From the sequence record NC_042081.1: a stretch of 64,000 nt of DNA. One strand, 5' to 3'. The notes beneath the pieces were generated by a model, which was not told the origin of the DNA, did not search any database, and worked only from the letters and a program-made list of their open reading frames with translations. Within the stretch, counting starts at the first letter, position 1. Every line of letters starts with the position of its first letter. Below are positions 62,671-64,000 of the stretch, one piece after another. A program made the position numbers and the translations under genes.

Positions 62671-62683
62671 TATATTTCTCCAA

Positions 62684-63112
62684 TTAATTTTTTGGAATAG
62701 CGATCCAAACTGTGTTCTTTAACCGATAGAATATTACAAACTTACCTGCATTTACTCTAGGTATAATTTTTAATATATCCCAAAGATCAGATGCGGCTTC
62801 ATGATTATCATGAAACCATTGGATTTCTTGAGGGGTATTGTTTATTGGGCTATATCCAGTAGTATACATGAATTCAAAAGAGTCAATAGAGTATTTAAAG
62901 AAGTCATCAATTAAGCTGTCCTCTACTGATTTAAATATATGCCCTAATGTACCATAGTCATCTGGATGTATTCCAAAGCTTTGGCACCTAATTGCTAAAC
63001 GCGCATTTATTAGCTCTTTTGGTGATCTTGGTACTAACTTGGCTATTACCCTCGTTACATCTATTACATACAGGTCAGCTACTTGGGGAGTAGTCACAGT
63101 ACAATCTCTCAT
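62684..63112 (-). CDS. Early hypothetical protein
   Basis: 142 aa, directly behind an early promoter. Confidence 0.6.
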   Translation of the reverse strand: MRDCTVTTPQVADLYVIDVTRVIAKLVPRSPKELINARLAIRCQSFGIHPDDYGTLGHIFKSVEDSLIDDFFKYSIDSFEFMYTTGYSPINNTPQEIQWFHDNHEAASDLWDILKIIPRVNAGKFVIFYRLKNTVWIAIPKN

Positions 63113-63127
63113 TAAATGTTCAGGAAC

Positions 63128-63144
63128 ATGATATAGATCTAAAA
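63128..63144 (-). promoter_or_regulatory. Early-type promoter (TTTTAGATCTATATCAT)
   Basis: Member of the recurring 17-mer family. Confidence 0.7.
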
Positions 63145-63239
63145 ATATTTTTAGTCAAATCTGTTCGTGGTAAGCCGATGTATATTATACCTTAGTTGGG
63201 TATTATCTCCATCGAAAAAACGCGTACAGCGCATTATAG

Positions 63240-64000
<761 letters not shown>

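Overview
A 64-kb segment of an AT-rich, nucleus-forming jumbo phage of the phiKZ type (Phikzvirus/Chimalliviridae-like, probably a Pseudomonas phage). It reads in reverse relative to phiKZ numbering, from about gp97 (left, truncated) to about gp42 (right, truncated). All gp numbers come from my recall of phiKZ plus synteny counting, not from a database search. Contents: a head/inner-body and virion structural block (gp84-97 equivalents); both halves of the split family-B DNA polymerase (gp82- and gp50-like); a virion RNAP beta' fragment (gp80); four non-virion RNAP subunits (gp55, gp68, gp71-73, gp74); an SF2 helicase; an SbcD-like nuclease; chimallin (ChmA); and the import factor PicA/Imp1. 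Three group I introns interrupt nvRNAP catalytic motifs. I reconstructed their splice junctions: one carries an HNH gene, one a 37-codon mini-ORF, and one is empty. The ORF track misses several features: (i) a likely -1 programmed frameshift at U UUU UUU that fuses gp77 to a start-less downstream frame, resembling tail chaperone G/GT; (ii) a start-less ~122-codon ORF directly behind the polymerase-exonuclease gene, at a C CCA AAG heptamer; (iii) a ~300-nt densely structured non-coding RNA in the chmA 3' region; (iv) an early operon of five membrane microproteins; (v) a T4-style hairpin that hides an RBS and is bypassed by a TATG late promoter. No CRISPR array, tRNA or rRNA was seen.
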